Part shown: piece after piece, positions 38,880 through 51,871 of the stretch
Numbering within the stretch: the first letter of the stretch is position 1
How the letters are laid out: the number at the start of each line of letters is the position of its first letter
Source: Octopus sinensis
Taxonomy: Eukaryota
NCBI RefSeq assembly: GCF_006345805.1
Contig: NC_043003.1
Span: 95,728,001-95,792,000 of the forward strand
DNA length: 64,000 nucleotides
Direction of reading: 5' to 3'
Program-made: the position numbers and the translations under genes
Notes under the pieces: generated by a model
The model's database searches: none
Told to the model about the DNA's origin: nothing
The model's input: only the letters and a program-made list of their open reading frames with translations

Positions 38880-39640
38880 AACAAGAATCAGATCATCAGC
38901 ATACAAAAGATTACTTTAGAAAACCACACCTGAACTAAAATTATCAGGTAGGGGCTGAAGCCAGAAATCTGGTGAACACTTACCTGTACACTAAAGTTTT
39001 TCACTAAACTCATTGTTAATCCTAACCTTGCTCACAGTACTCTCAAATATGTTTGGAATGAGTTTAGTAAACCATCCTTTCGTACTTAGTTTTCTTTCTA
39101 CCCCACCAGCCTCAAGTAAGGGAAGGGAATTTGTTAGGGGCTTTCTCAAATCAACAGATGCAAAGCATAGTAATATTTATCCACACTTAAACATGAATGT
39201 TCTATTAGGACAAAGTATACTGCAGTAGATACCACGAGAGTAACTCTCATATTGACTTTCAGTGCAACATGCAGTTGTTTTATATTACTAGAGGGGAGAT
39301 AAATCCATGCCATCTCCAGCACTGAGACTATCAAGTCACCTTGGCACTGGAAGTGGTGGGGATTTTGAACTAAAACTCAATATAAGAGTTTCTATCATGG
39401 AATCTATTGCAGTATAGCTTGTCCCAATAAACATTACCTCTCAGGATGAATGCTGCCTCTGTCTATAACGTATATTTTTTTTTAGCAAAGTATAGGGGTT
39501 GTTGTTGGTTAAGAACTTCTCTTGTAGTTGCATTAGTAAACATATGGAATCTGTAGATTTGTGAACTGACACAAATCCAAACTTGGAAAATGAAGAGATT
39601 GAAATAGAAATATATTTTTGATATCTGAGCATTTAAAGAC
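38880..39640 (-). mobile_element. Decayed RTE LINE RT
   Basis: FGFVSVHKSTDSICLLMQLQEKFL and SKVRINNEFSE motifs in shifted frames. Confidence 0.7.
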
Positions 39641-41779
39641 TTGAGAAATAACAAAGAGGTAAAATAAAAGTTATAACTGATAATTTTGTTTTTCTAATGA
39701 CACGACATTTATTTAAGTATTTCCTGCAGGTAGATGAACTGAAGAAATGTCGAATAATGTATATTGTTGTTCACTGTTGCTGACACTGTCGCCACCAGTG
39801 TTGTCATTGTTTTAACCCTTTCATTATATACTGCCATTGTTTCAATTAATTTTTTTAAATAATTAAGAATTTAGTAAAATAATTTTGTCATTAACCTGGT
39901 GCTTGGAACTTAAATTTTTTAAAAATCTTATGGAAAATTTAAATTTAGATCACTTTAAAAATAGGATGTTTGTGTCCTAGAACCAGGGGCAGTCTCAGGC
40001 AGGTTGGTAACAAAAGGGTGAGAGTCCACTGTCTCATGCTTTCAAGGGTCTGATGGAATTCATTGAGGTAGATTTTTCTATAGCCAGATACCTTTTCCTG
40101 TTGCCAAAACCTCACCTATTTCCAAACAAGGTAAAATTTTCCAATGGCTGAACATGTTTTCATGGAAGGTTGTAGGAAACACCGCAGCTGGAATGATGGT
40201 GACGTCCCTTTACAGATATTGCATGATGTCTCAACAAGGACACACACACTATAGGCTTCCATGCAGTTTCTGTCAACCAAATCCACTTAGAAGGCTTTGG
40301 TCAGCTTGGGGCTATAAAGGAAGACATTTGCTCAAGGTGTTGTGCAGTGGGACTGAACAAGGAACTAATATCATTGGGGAAGTGAACTTCTCTGTTATTT
40401 ACCCATGACTGTGTCTTTACTGTTCATAAACATCTGAAGTGGATTTGAGTCCACAACCTATACTTAAACCTGGCATTATAACACATTATCTAACATCTGT
40501 TCCACTTGGCTAATTTATCTTCTCAAACGACTGTACCCTATATGAATGGAATGCGAATAACTGGGTCAATAGCATGATAAACAATCAAGCCAAGGCTACA
40601 CATTCAGCTGATCCTATTTTGTCATGATACTTTGTGTTGAATTTATGACCCAAAACACTTTGTACCAAACAACTAAGTTAGCCACCTCTATGCAGGTACT
40701 ATGAAGTGATTTACTTCATAATTGAATGCGTCAACATCATAAATTGAATAAGTGTTTTGTAGGTTTGTGCTGCTGAATTTTCCATTATTTAATATAAACA
40801 GTACCTAAGGCAACAAGCAGGCAGAATTGCGGCGAGCTGGCAGAAACGTTAGCACACCAGGCGAAATGCTTAGTGGTATTTCGTCTGTCTTCACGTTCTG
40901 AGTTCAAATTCCGCCGAGGTCAACTTTGCTTTCATCCTTTCAGGGTCGATAACTTAAGTACCAGTTACGCACTGGGGTCGATGTCATTGACTTAATCCAT
41001 TTGTCTGTCTTTGTTCCCTCTATGTTTAGCCCCATGTGGGCAATAAAGAAATAAGAATTGCTAGCATGCCAAGCAAAATGTTTGGCAATATTTCCTCCTT
41101 TATACTCTGAGTTCAACTTCCACAAAGGTTAGCTTTTCCTTTCATCCTTTTGGGGGTGGGGGGAATCAATAAAAGAAATACCAGTTGGACATTGGGGTCA
41201 ATGTAATTGACTTAGCTTCTTCTCATGAACTTGTTGACTTTGTGCCAAAATTTGAAGCCAGTATAAATTGTACCTAGTGGTAGCCATGCCTCTCTTTTAT
41301 CTTAAAACTTATAAACTCCAGAGGTAAACTCGGCTCAGAGGATCATGTAGGTGTATCAAAGGATAAAGGGTGGCATAGTGGTTAGGGTATTCAGTTCACG
41401 ATTGTATGGTCACAACTTTGATTCCTGGTGTCACAGTGTGTCCTCAAGCAAGATACTTTAGTTCGTGTTGCTCTGGTTCACACAGCTGGCAAAAATGATT
41501 TGTAACTGTATTTCAAAGGGTCATTCTGAATCATACTGAACTTCCCTGAGAACTATGTAAACCCTTCAGCATTTAAATCAGCCATATCTGGCCCAAATAT
41601 TTTACCTGCTTCATGTTCAAACTGGTCAGATCCAGCCTCTCACACCTAATCTACAATATCATTATAAAAATATGCAGTCATGTCATCAAAGTCTCAAAGC
41701 TACAAGATAATGCAAATTTAATTGAAAACAATGAGAATAAATAAACCTTACATTTGACAGAGCAAACTAGCTTCTGTCA

Positions 41780-42240
41780 CATGACAGGGGGAAAAACTAG
41801 AAGTTGTTGATAGCTTCTGTTACCTAGGTGAGCAAGTCAGTAGTGTGGGTGGATGCTCTGAGAGTGTAGCTGCTAGAATAAAAATAGCCTGGGCAAAGTT
41901 CAGAGAGCTCCTACCTCTGCTGGTGACAAAGAGCTTCTCGTTCAGAGTATAAGGTAGACTGTATGACGCATGTGTGCAAACAGCCATGCTACATGGCAGT
42001 GAAACAATGAGCCGTGACTGCTGAGGACGTGCGTAAGCTTGCAAGGAATGAAGCTAGTATGCTTCACTGGATGTGTAATGTCAGTGTGCATACACGACAG
42101 AGTGTAAGTCCCCTGAGAGGAAAGTTGGACTTAAGAAGCATCAGATGTGGTGTGCAAGAGAGACGACTGCACTGGTATGGTCATATGTTGTGTATGGATG
42201 AGAACAGCTGTGTGAAAAAGTGTCACACCCTAAAAGGTTA
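41780..42240 (+). mobile_element. RTE LINE RT C-terminal fragment
   Basis: LEVVDSFCYLG..ARIKIAWAKFRELLPLL..YDACVQTAMLHGSE..RRLHWYGHML; the same family's 3' end is at 56757-56970 (RGRPRKTWDEVV..DRDLWR). Confidence 0.9.
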
Positions 42241-42408
42241 AGGGTACGAGTGCCTGTGGATTATTCAGCCAGATGCACATAAATTTCCTGAGCTTGCTAT
42301 TCCATTCATTGGATCAAGTGGAACCCTCATTGTTGTAACTGATAGAGTGTCAGTAAGTGTCTGTTAAAGATAATTTTCTGTTTCTTATATACGACATGCA
42401 TTTCTTAC

Positions 42409-42519
42409 CTTTTCAATAACTTCTGATTGAGAAATCTGGTATTTCCTTCTGTTCGCTAACTCAAGTCTTGATTTAGAAACTGATTCATAATTCAGTTGTG
42501 TAGATGTTGTCCAAATTGG
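42409..42519 (-). CDS. Candidate 111-nt phase 0-0 exon (PIWTTSTQLNYESVSKSRLELANRRKYQISQSEVIEK)
   Basis: tgttaatatttcAG acceptor, AAG|GTAAGA donor, length divisible by 3, other two frames closed; non-repetitive; product unknown. Confidence 0.45.
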
Positions 42520-42835
42520 CTGAAATATTAACACAAAATATAATATTTATAAACTTCATTCATAAGGACATATTATGAAAGTAATTTTTTTCAACAATTT
42601 TTGTTGAGTGCATGTGTGTGTGGTGGTGGTGGTGGTGGTGGTGGTGGTGGTGGTGGTGGTGGGGCAGTATTTTAGTCTGAAATTTCAAACCGATAAATTT
42701 TCAAACTGATAAATTTAAAACTAGAGAAAAAGAAAAAATCTGGATTTGAAGTTTAAACTGTGAAAGCTAAATATTATTGTAAGAACAACAACAAAAATAA
42801 GGTGATAAAATGATGAAAGCTAGAAAACAATGACA

Positions 42836-42904
<69 letters not shown>

Positions 42905-42907
<3 letters not shown>

Positions 42908-43085
42908 TATGTCACAAAACTTGTAAGACAATATCTGGGCTTAAAAGACATATGCTAGTTCACAAAAACATTCCTTCAGAATCAGATTCCAAAGGACAAA
43001 AATGTAGAAGAAGCTTGAATAATATGTGTTTAAACCCAGTCAGTCAGCAGCTGGTCTTAAAAGTCATCTAAGGACTCATGAATGG
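42905..43085 (+). mobile_element. RTE-like 3' zinc-finger remnant
   Basis: CHKTCKTISGLKRHMLVHK followed by a second degenerate finger. Confidence 0.55.
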
Positions 43086-43266
43086 GGGGATTGTACTGTG
43101 TGATGGAGTGTGGTGTGTGTATTGATGGGACAGCTATCATTTGTCAAGATGAAGCAATCAGCACGTATGTATGTATGTATGTATGTATGTAATGTATGTA
43201 TGTCTTTCATTCTCCTGTTTCATTTCCATCTATTTATTTGCTGCTCCAATTAAATGTTCCAATACA

Positions 43267-43665
43267 TCTTTATATATAAAAGTCAAGTTGTGTGTCTGTC
43301 TCCTACGATTTAGATTCCTAACTACTCCCACATTTTGCGGTGCAGTTTAACCAAAACCGGGTATCTTATAGTCGTGATTCATATCGAGCCCTTCTGGGTA
43401 TTAGCATGCGTCTACGATGAGTCTACGATTTAAAAAAAAATTTACCATCATTTTTTTCCATTTTAATGCATTTTTTTCGCTATTATATAAGGGAAGTAAC
43501 TCTCTAAAAAATGTCTACGATGAGTCAACGATTTAAAAAAAATTTACCATAATTTTTTTTCCATTTTTAATGCATTTTTTTGCTATTTTTTGGCTATAAC
43601 TCTCTAAAAATGCTTATATAGTTATTTCCCTTACAAACCCGAGCAACGCTGGGCGATACTGCTAG
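43267..43665 (+). mobile_element. Non-autonomous Helitron, second copy
   Basis: TC...CTAG at A|T, hairpin cccgagcaacgctggg; internal ~90-bp duplication. Confidence 0.85.
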
Positions 43666-44012
43666 TCTATATTTAAAATCTTAATTTTTCAGACTAAAAG
43701 CACTGAGCTTTTTTTCTTTTGCTTGGTTTGGTTAGATAAAGAAGGACAAATCTCCCAAACTTGGCCCTTTTTTGATAGAGCCTCCAAGAATGGTGAGAAA
43801 AGGTTACCTTCAAGCCAGACAACCTTACTCAAATTCTTGCCATAGGCACTCAAGGATCAGGTAATAGTTAAACTCTTTCAGTCTTCTGACTTGCCAACTC
43901 CAGTCAGACCATCCAACCCATACCAGCATGGAAAATGGACGTTAAATGCTGCTGCTGATGGAGATGATGACGATGATGATGATGATGACCATGGCAATGT
44001 TCATCACAGTTG

Positions 44013-44043
<31 letters not shown>

Positions 44044-44611
44044 TATAATCATCATCGTTTAACGTCTGCTTTCCATACTGGCATGGGTTGGACGGTTTGA
44101 CTGGGGACTGCTGAGCCAGATGGCTGCATCAGGCTCCAATCTGATCTGGTAGAGTTTCTACAGCTGGATGCCCTTCCTAATGCCAACCACTCTGAGAGTG
44201 TAGTGGGTACTTTTACATGCCACCGGCACGAGGGCTAGTCAGGTGGTGCTGGCAATGGCCACACTCAAATGGTGTTTTTACATGTCACCTGCACAGGAGC
44301 CAGTCCAGCGGCACTGGCAACACCCTTGCTCGAATGTTGTTTTTCACATACCACCGGCATAAGTGCCAGTAAGGGGATGTTGGTAATGATCACACTCGAA
44401 TGGTGCTTTTTATGTGCCACCGGCATGGGGGCCAGTCAGCAGCCCTGGCAATGATCATGCTTGGATGGTGCTCTTAGTGCTCCACTGGCATGGGTGCTGT
44501 CATCGAATTTGATTTCGATTTCACTTGCCTCAACAGGTCTTCACAAGCAGAGCTTAGTCAACAATGACAATGATGATGACAACACCGATAATGATGGTGA
44601 CAATGATGATG

Positions 44612-44643
<32 letters not shown>

Positions 44644-44845
44644 GATGATGAGGATGATGATGATGATGATGATGATGATGGATGATACAGAGTGTCCATA
44701 ATTTATCTTTACAATAGAAAAATTCAGCTGGTCACCTATTATGGACTTCTTCAAAATTTTCATCTAATCTCCCTCACAAGGATTATTATCAAAAGATGGA
44801 TTTAACTCCAAATATTATAATCTTATTAATAGCAACTCATCATGC

Positions 44846-44917
<72 letters not shown>

Positions 44918-44921
44918 ACAC

Positions 44922-45067
44922 ACAATTGCAGCATGGAAGATGCTTATAAGACATTTAAGAACACACAAAAAGACTGTTAAATTTAAATGTTGAAGTGAAT
45001 CTAATGGTTTTTTTTTGTGTGTGTGTGTTCTTAAATGGCTTATAAACATCTTCCTTGCTGCAATTGT
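44922..45067. repeat. Inverted repeat P8 (~47-bp arms)
   Basis: acaattgcagcatggaagatgcttataagacatttaagaacacaca versus tgtgtgttcttaaatggcttataaacatcttccttgctgcaattgt. Confidence 0.85.
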
Positions 45068-45199
45068 TTTTGTTTCACTACACAATTTCAGATCAAATCA
45101 CTTGCTATGCAAGTACATCTCCATAAAATATATACATACATACATACAAACATATATATATCTGGTGGTGTCAGCTATAGTTTAGTCACCTATAAAGTC

Positions 45200-45700
45200 A
45201 ATCAGGTGATACATGAAGGAGTCTACAGCATTGAGGCCTGCATCCTTCATCACCTTCTCTATTGGGTTGACCATGTGATTTGGATGTTGGGTTACTGGCT
45301 CCAAAAGATGGTCATCCTCAGTGTGATTAAAACTGGAAGTAAGCCTCATGGACGTTCAAAACTTCTGAAGCAGTTACTCATTGTATGTGGTGTCCCTTCC
45401 AATCAGTCAGAATCCCTGGCCGAATTCAGAAGACATGGAAGTCTGTATGTGATACTGGAGTAGAGCACTTTGAAACTGAATGCAGGAGACTGCATGAAGA
45501 GAAGAGGAGATGCTACCATCAACCTTCTGTGGCTGTCGTTTAGGGTCACTTTCATTGCCCTCAATGCCACAGGATCTGCCTATCTCATGTTGGTTTTGTC
45601 AGTCACATCAGCTCCCTTGAGAAACAACGTGCTGGAGATGGATGAGGATGAATGTCCTGGATCAATGCTGTCATCACCTTTGATGGGCTGTCATAAGCAA
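45200..45700 (+). mobile_element. RTE/BovB-like LINE 3' remnant
   Basis: WVDHVIWM..TWKSVCDTGVEHFE..FHCPQCHRICLSHVGFVSH. Confidence 0.7.
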
Positions 45701-45884
45701 AAAAAATAATAAAAGCAAGCATAAAAAAATATATACATATGTATGTGGTTTTTGCCTCCTTATCTTGGCATTGTGTGATAGTTATATATGAGTGTCGCTG
45801 TCATTTGTTTCTAGTCTCCCATGAAAACAGTTCTTGTCATGGAGAAGTTTTACCTTGCTGTGAAACAAGTAAGATTTGGTGACA

Positions 45885-46760
45885 GGAAGGGGAATAGAGG
45901 AGGAGGAAGAAGAGAGGAAGGGGAAGAGAGGAAGAGAGGAAGAGGAAGAGAGGAGGAAGATGAAGAGAAAAGGAGGAAGAGGAAGAGAGGAGGAGGAAGA
46001 GGGAGAGGAAGAGAGGAGGAGGAAGAGAGGAGGAGATGAAGAGAGGAGGAAGATGAAGGGAGGAGGAGGAAGAGGAGGAAGAGGAAGATGAAGAGAGGAG
46101 GAGGAAGATGAAGGGAGGAGGAGGAAGATGAAGAGAGAAGGAAGATGAAGAGAGGAGAAAGAGAGGAGGAGGAAGAGAGGAGGAAGATGAAGAGAGGAGA
46201 AAGAGAGGAGGAGGAGGAAGATGAAGAGAAGAGGAAGAGGAGGAAGAGGAAGAGGAGGAGGAAGAGAGGAGGAGGAAGATGAAGAGAGGAGGAGAGGGGG
46301 ATGGGAGTAGGTAGGACAGGGGAGAGGGAAGAGAAGGAGATGATGATGATGGGGAGTTGAGGAGTAGATGAGGATGAGGAAATGATGATGAGGAAGAGGT
46401 GATGAGGACAAAGACGAGGGGAAGGAGATGAGGAGGAGGAGATGAAGAGGAGATGAGAAGTAGAAGATGGGAAAAGATGAGGATGAGGAGGAGATGATGA
46501 GAAGAGGAAGAGGAGGAAGAGGAGATGATTAGGATGAAGAAATGAAGAGGAGGAGATGAAGATGAGAAGATGAAGATGAGGAGATGAAGACGAGGAGATG
46601 AAGATGAAGAGAGGAAGAGGAGGAGATGAGGAATGGGAGGAGAGGAATGGGAGGAGAGGAATGGGAGGAGAGGAATGGGAGGAGTTGGAGATGAAGATGA
46701 GATGAAGATGAAGATGAGATGAAGATGAAGATGAGATGAAGAAGATGAGGAGGACGATTT
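45885..46760. repeat. ~870-bp polypurine (GAG/GAA/GAT) low-complexity tract
   Basis: Direct reading; frequent TGA stops in the + strand frames. Confidence 0.95.
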
Positions 46761-46980
46761 TCCATGATGGCATAGGTTTCCTGAGGTGGGACTTTATGGC
46801 CACGTAATACTCTTCCTGTCACTAACACTTACAGTTACTTCTTACTTGCAAGGTCAGGGTGCAGCTGTTCTAAAACCAAAACCTGCATGGTATCTACGTT
46901 TGATGATCAATAATATAAATAAATCTTCACAGAAGGATATAACAACTCATATATATATATAATATATATATATATATATC

Positions 46981-47132
46981 AATACAGTGTACATTTAAAC
47001 ACATAAGAGATGGCCATAACAGGACATCTGACCCTCTAGAAGGAGTAGTTAAACTCTAAGTTTAACTACTCCTTCTAGTGGGTCAAATGTCCTGTTATGG
47101 CCATCTCTTATGTGTTAAATGTACACTGTATT
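46981..47132. repeat. Fold-back palindrome P9
   Basis: aatacagtgtacattt...gaaggagtagttaaac [tctaa] gtttaactactccttc...aatgtacactgtatt. Confidence 0.95.
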
Positions 47133-47232
47133 TTTATATGAATAATATATAGTCTATTGACTAGTTTTTTCTTCTTGCTAGACAACAGGTTGCAAAGAAA
47201 TTTTCTAATTTTTTTTGCTACGCTGGAATTTA

Positions 47233-47269
<37 letters not shown>

Positions 47270-47272
<3 letters not shown>

Positions 47273-47507
47273 CAAAATAAGAAAATGGAGGAATAGATTC
47301 CTTTCAATCATCAACTTCCAGATAATACCAATTCATATAATTTATTAACTAATTAATTAAATTAAATAGGAACATCTAAATTCAACAGAATAAGACAAAA
47401 TAAAACAATATACAATTTAATTAATTAGTTAATAAATTATATGAATTGGTATTATCTGGAAGTTGATGATTGAAAGGAATCTATTCCTCCATTTTCTTAT
47501 TTTGTAT
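47270..47507. repeat. Fold-back palindrome P10
   Basis: About 95-bp essentially perfect arms atacaaaataagaaaatggagg...ttaattaaatt around a ~50-bp spacer. Confidence 0.95.
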
Positions 47508-47721
47508 TATGAATTTGAGGTAAAACATTTTACCTTCGCCCATATAATATAATAAATGAACTAATTGCATTGCAATTGTAAGCATTTATGTATTAGCTTT
47601 TGGGTACTTTACTGGCAGTATATTGGATAAATGATATCCTATAGTGGGTTACACTCATAACCCCTATCTCACTTTATATATATATATACATACATACATA
47701 TACATATATATACACACACAT

Positions 47722-47909
47722 CGGGGTGCTGAAAATTTCCTGGCGTTGGGTACAAGGAAATACAGGAGGTTCAGTTAATTATGATTCTATTCAACATATT
47801 CCTATCTCAGATTCTCAAAATTCTAAACCCTGTAAAGAATTCGGTAGGATGGGCCTCCAACCAAGCCTTTCATGATACCCTTAAAGCAAGGAACTTTTTA
47901 GCATCCCCT
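47722..47909. mobile_element. mariner-type MITE
   Basis: TIRs cggggtgctgaaaatttcctggc / reverse complement aggggatgctaaaaagttccttgc. Confidence 0.7.
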
Positions 47910-49157
47910 CACACAACATGTTCTCACTCCTCCATATAACCTTCTCTGTGTGACAATTTTGCTGTATGTAATTCTGCAGAAGTTTCTTTCCAAGTCAAAT
48001 TAAAAGGACAATTCTGTAGGCATATCATTCCAGAGATAAAGAGTGGGATAACTTCAAACTTTCTTCTAAAGTTATATAAAGCATTTTAGTTGCAGATACA
48101 GTGATCTTCAGTATAAAATATCTACAGCAAAATAATAAATGACTGGCAGTTGATAAGTAAATTTACTAAATGCAAAGGCTTTGTCCCAATAACGGAGGTC
48201 ACAGAGCACTTTATAATAAATAATTATTATTATCTATTATACTCTTTTTTACTCTTTTACTTGTTTCAGTCATTTGACAGCGGCCATGCTGGAGCACCGC
48301 CTTTAGTCGAGCAAATCGACCCCGGGACTTATTCTTTGTAAGCCCAGTACTTATTCTATCGGTCTCATTTGCAGAACCGCTAAGTGACGGGGACGTAAAC
48401 ACACCAGCATCGGTTGTCAAGCAATGCTAGGGAGACAAACACAGACACACTAACACACACACACACATATATATATATGTATATATATATATACACATAT
48501 ATACGACAGGCTTCTTTCAGTTTCCGTCTACCAAATCCACTCACAAGGCATTGGTCAGCCCGGGGCTATAGCAGAAGACACTTGCCCAAGATGCCACACA
48601 ATGGGACTGAACCCGGAACCATGTGGTTGGTTAGCAAGCTACTTACCATGCAGCCACTCATAAATTACCCCTTGGTTTTAGACTATTTACCAGTTAAAAT
48701 TCCAATAGCAATAGTGGTGGTTACAGAGAGTACTTTCAATGAAGTTAAAGAGAACAAAGCAACAGCTGAGTATTAAATGGAAAGCTATAACACAGCAGTA
48801 GTACTTAATACTGTGTAGTTTCTACAGATGTCAATTCAATATAAAATCAATGTGCTATAGCAGTAACTGTTGGTAAAGGACCTGAAATAAATATCAAGAA
48901 ATCTAAATAGTTTCGTTACTTTCAGATTTTAGCTTTTAGTTTTGATCTTATTTTTGACCAAGAGACAGGACATTGGCTATTGACTTATATTTATTTGCCT
49001 CTCAGGAATTTCTAGGAGATTTATGTGAATGGTAGAAACATAACACACAGAGTAAAAAAATATTTCAATACACATGTGGCAATTTTTAACATCTATGGTT
49101 CTATGTTGAGATGTGAATGTGTGAGTATATGACTGTATTGCAGGTATGGTTCTCTCC

Positions 49158-49190
<33 letters not shown>

Positions 49191-51044
49191 TTGTTTATGT
49201 ATATATATATATATATTATATATCTATATATGGGTTTGTGTGTGCATTATGTGTGTGTGTGTGTGTGTGCTTCTGGCGTATTTGTGTATGTGTGTGATAT
49301 GTATAAATGTCTATAATAAAATTTTATTATTTTAAATATATACAGATATATATATATATATATATATAATATATATATATTATATATAATGACGATAATT
49401 TATACATGTATGTATATATGTACATTTATATATTGACATATGTATGCATGCATGTGTGTGTGTGTATATATATAATACATATATATATATATATATAATA
49501 TATATATATTATATCATCATCATCATCATCATCATGATTATTATATATATATATATATATAATTTATATATATATATTATAATATAAACATCATAATCAT
49601 TTGACGTGCTCTTTTTATACTTGCCACACACACACACACACACACGTATATATATATATATATACATAACATAACATATATATATATATATATATATTAC
49701 ACAAATGTATGTTTAATATATATATTTATAAATATGCATGTATATATTATATATACAATACATATTTATTTGTGTGTGTGTATGTCTGTGTCTGTGTACC
49801 ATTGTACTCACATATACACACATACAGACACAATTATGTACATACATATATATATAGACATGTGAGTGTATGCACACACACACAGTCACACATATATGCA
49901 TAACATACATGCAGACATACATAAATACATACATATATGTCTACATACACATGCACACATAGACAAACACAAATACATTGATACATTTCGTTTAAGAGAG
50001 CAGATGTTTTTAAACTTGAAGCCATAATCCCTTGATAAGAGATAAGTATTAACAGTATCCTAAAAAGGAGGATATCTATTAAAAAAAAAGGAGAGCATGA
50101 TACAATATTTAGTGTTAGTAGTTATGGTCAAAAGCCTAACTTTCTACTTTACTTAACCACTTTACTGAAGCATCTTTCTATTATCACCTATATTAAAGAG
50201 CTAAATTCTATTTGTTTACTATGAATCACTACATATTGTCAAACATCTTGAAAATTATTAGTTTAAATGGAAATAAAAACATGACAATCAGTTGTATATG
50301 TTAAATGTTTAATACATAGCAATTTATTATCTAAACTAAATAAATTACAAGTTTTCAATGAATAAATATTTTTTCTATTCTGCTTAGTTAGGAAAGTAAA
50401 TATTAGTTTACTATGCTTCTATATATATATATATATATGTATGTGTGTATGTATGTATATATACACTAGACTTATATAAACATAAATGTGACTATGTTGA
50501 CAGAGAAAAGTTGAATCTTACCGTAGACATTTGTGCATGTCAAATTTGCTTCCGATAGGTTAAAGTTATAAAAAAAAATAAGTGGAAAAAAAAAATGAAA
50601 TGAGGTATTATTCCTTCTAGGTGTTAGTAATTCTCCATTTTAAATACATTATTTTGACCGTAGCTAGCTAACGACTATAATGAAATGAAAACGTTGCTGT
50701 CCTAGATATACCTGTTTATTGAAATGACTGCTTAGAAATTCAGATTTATGCACAAGTTGCTCATGCAAATCAACAAAGATAGCTATAACAACAACAACAA
50801 CAATAACAACAACAACAGTAATAATAATGTTTTATCCAAGGGAATGAAGATTCAGAGTTGTAAATAGAAAGGAAATAGGAAGTTGTGACTTGCATGCCTT
50901 TCTCATTCCTTTCTCTCAGAACTAAGCAACAATCTAAACTTGGCAAGTAATTACTTCTACACTAAGGGTGTTTTAAAATGGGATACTGTGATATTTATGC
51001 TTGCTTTGTAGGTATTAGTAATGATGTTAGGCAAGTAAGATGGT

Positions 51045-51068
51045 TACTATCATCATCATCATCATCAT

Positions 51069-51100
<32 letters not shown>

Positions 51101-51111
51101 TCATCACCACC

Positions 51112-51142
<31 letters not shown>

Positions 51143-51185
51143 CCATCACCATCATCATCACCATCACTATCATCGTCACCATCAC

Positions 51186-51220
<35 letters not shown>

Positions 51221-51267
51221 CCATCATCATCACCATCACCACCATCATCATCATCATCATCATCATT

Positions 51268-51298
<31 letters not shown>

Positions 51299-51326
51299 CC
51301 ATCATCATAACCATCACTATCATCAC

Positions 51327-51360
<34 letters not shown>
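51045..51360. repeat. (CAT)n/(CAC)n tract at the tail of a decayed family B SINE
   Basis: Direct reading. Confidence 0.9.
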
Positions 51361-51361
<1 letters not shown>

Positions 51362-51710
51362 GTTAGCATCCATGTACCATACTGTTATGGGTTGGACAGT
51401 TTGACAGGATCTGATGGGTCCAAAGACTGCATGACGTTCCAGTGTCTGCTTTGGCATGGTTTCTGCTACTGGATGCCCTTCCTAACAGTCAGAAATTAAA
51501 ACTTTCATGAACTCAAATCTTTGGGAGACACCCAAAAATAATAATGATATGAAAGATGACTATGTTGAGTTATTTGTGTCGGTTGTGGTGGTTGTGGTGG
51601 TGGTCATCGTGATGATGGTGGTGGAGGTGGTGATGACAGTGGTGGTGGTGGTGGTGGTGGTGGTGGTGGTGGTTACAGTGGTGATGGTAGCAGCTGTAAT
51701 AGTGGCAGCA

Positions 51711-51741
<31 letters not shown>

Positions 51742-51871
51742 CAAAGATGATGATGCTTTCTTTCCTTGTAATTTTCTGAATGGTTTAGTCAGGACTAAGA
51801 AAAGAGGCAGTGACCCCCCATGGTCATTACAGGCATTCTGACATAGCTGATGGGTTGTTTGATGAATATCT

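Noticed and set aside
38985-39140. Strong CAG|GTAAGT donor on the minus strand
   Set aside because: The upstream sequence is an RTE RT remnant (SKVRINNEFSE).
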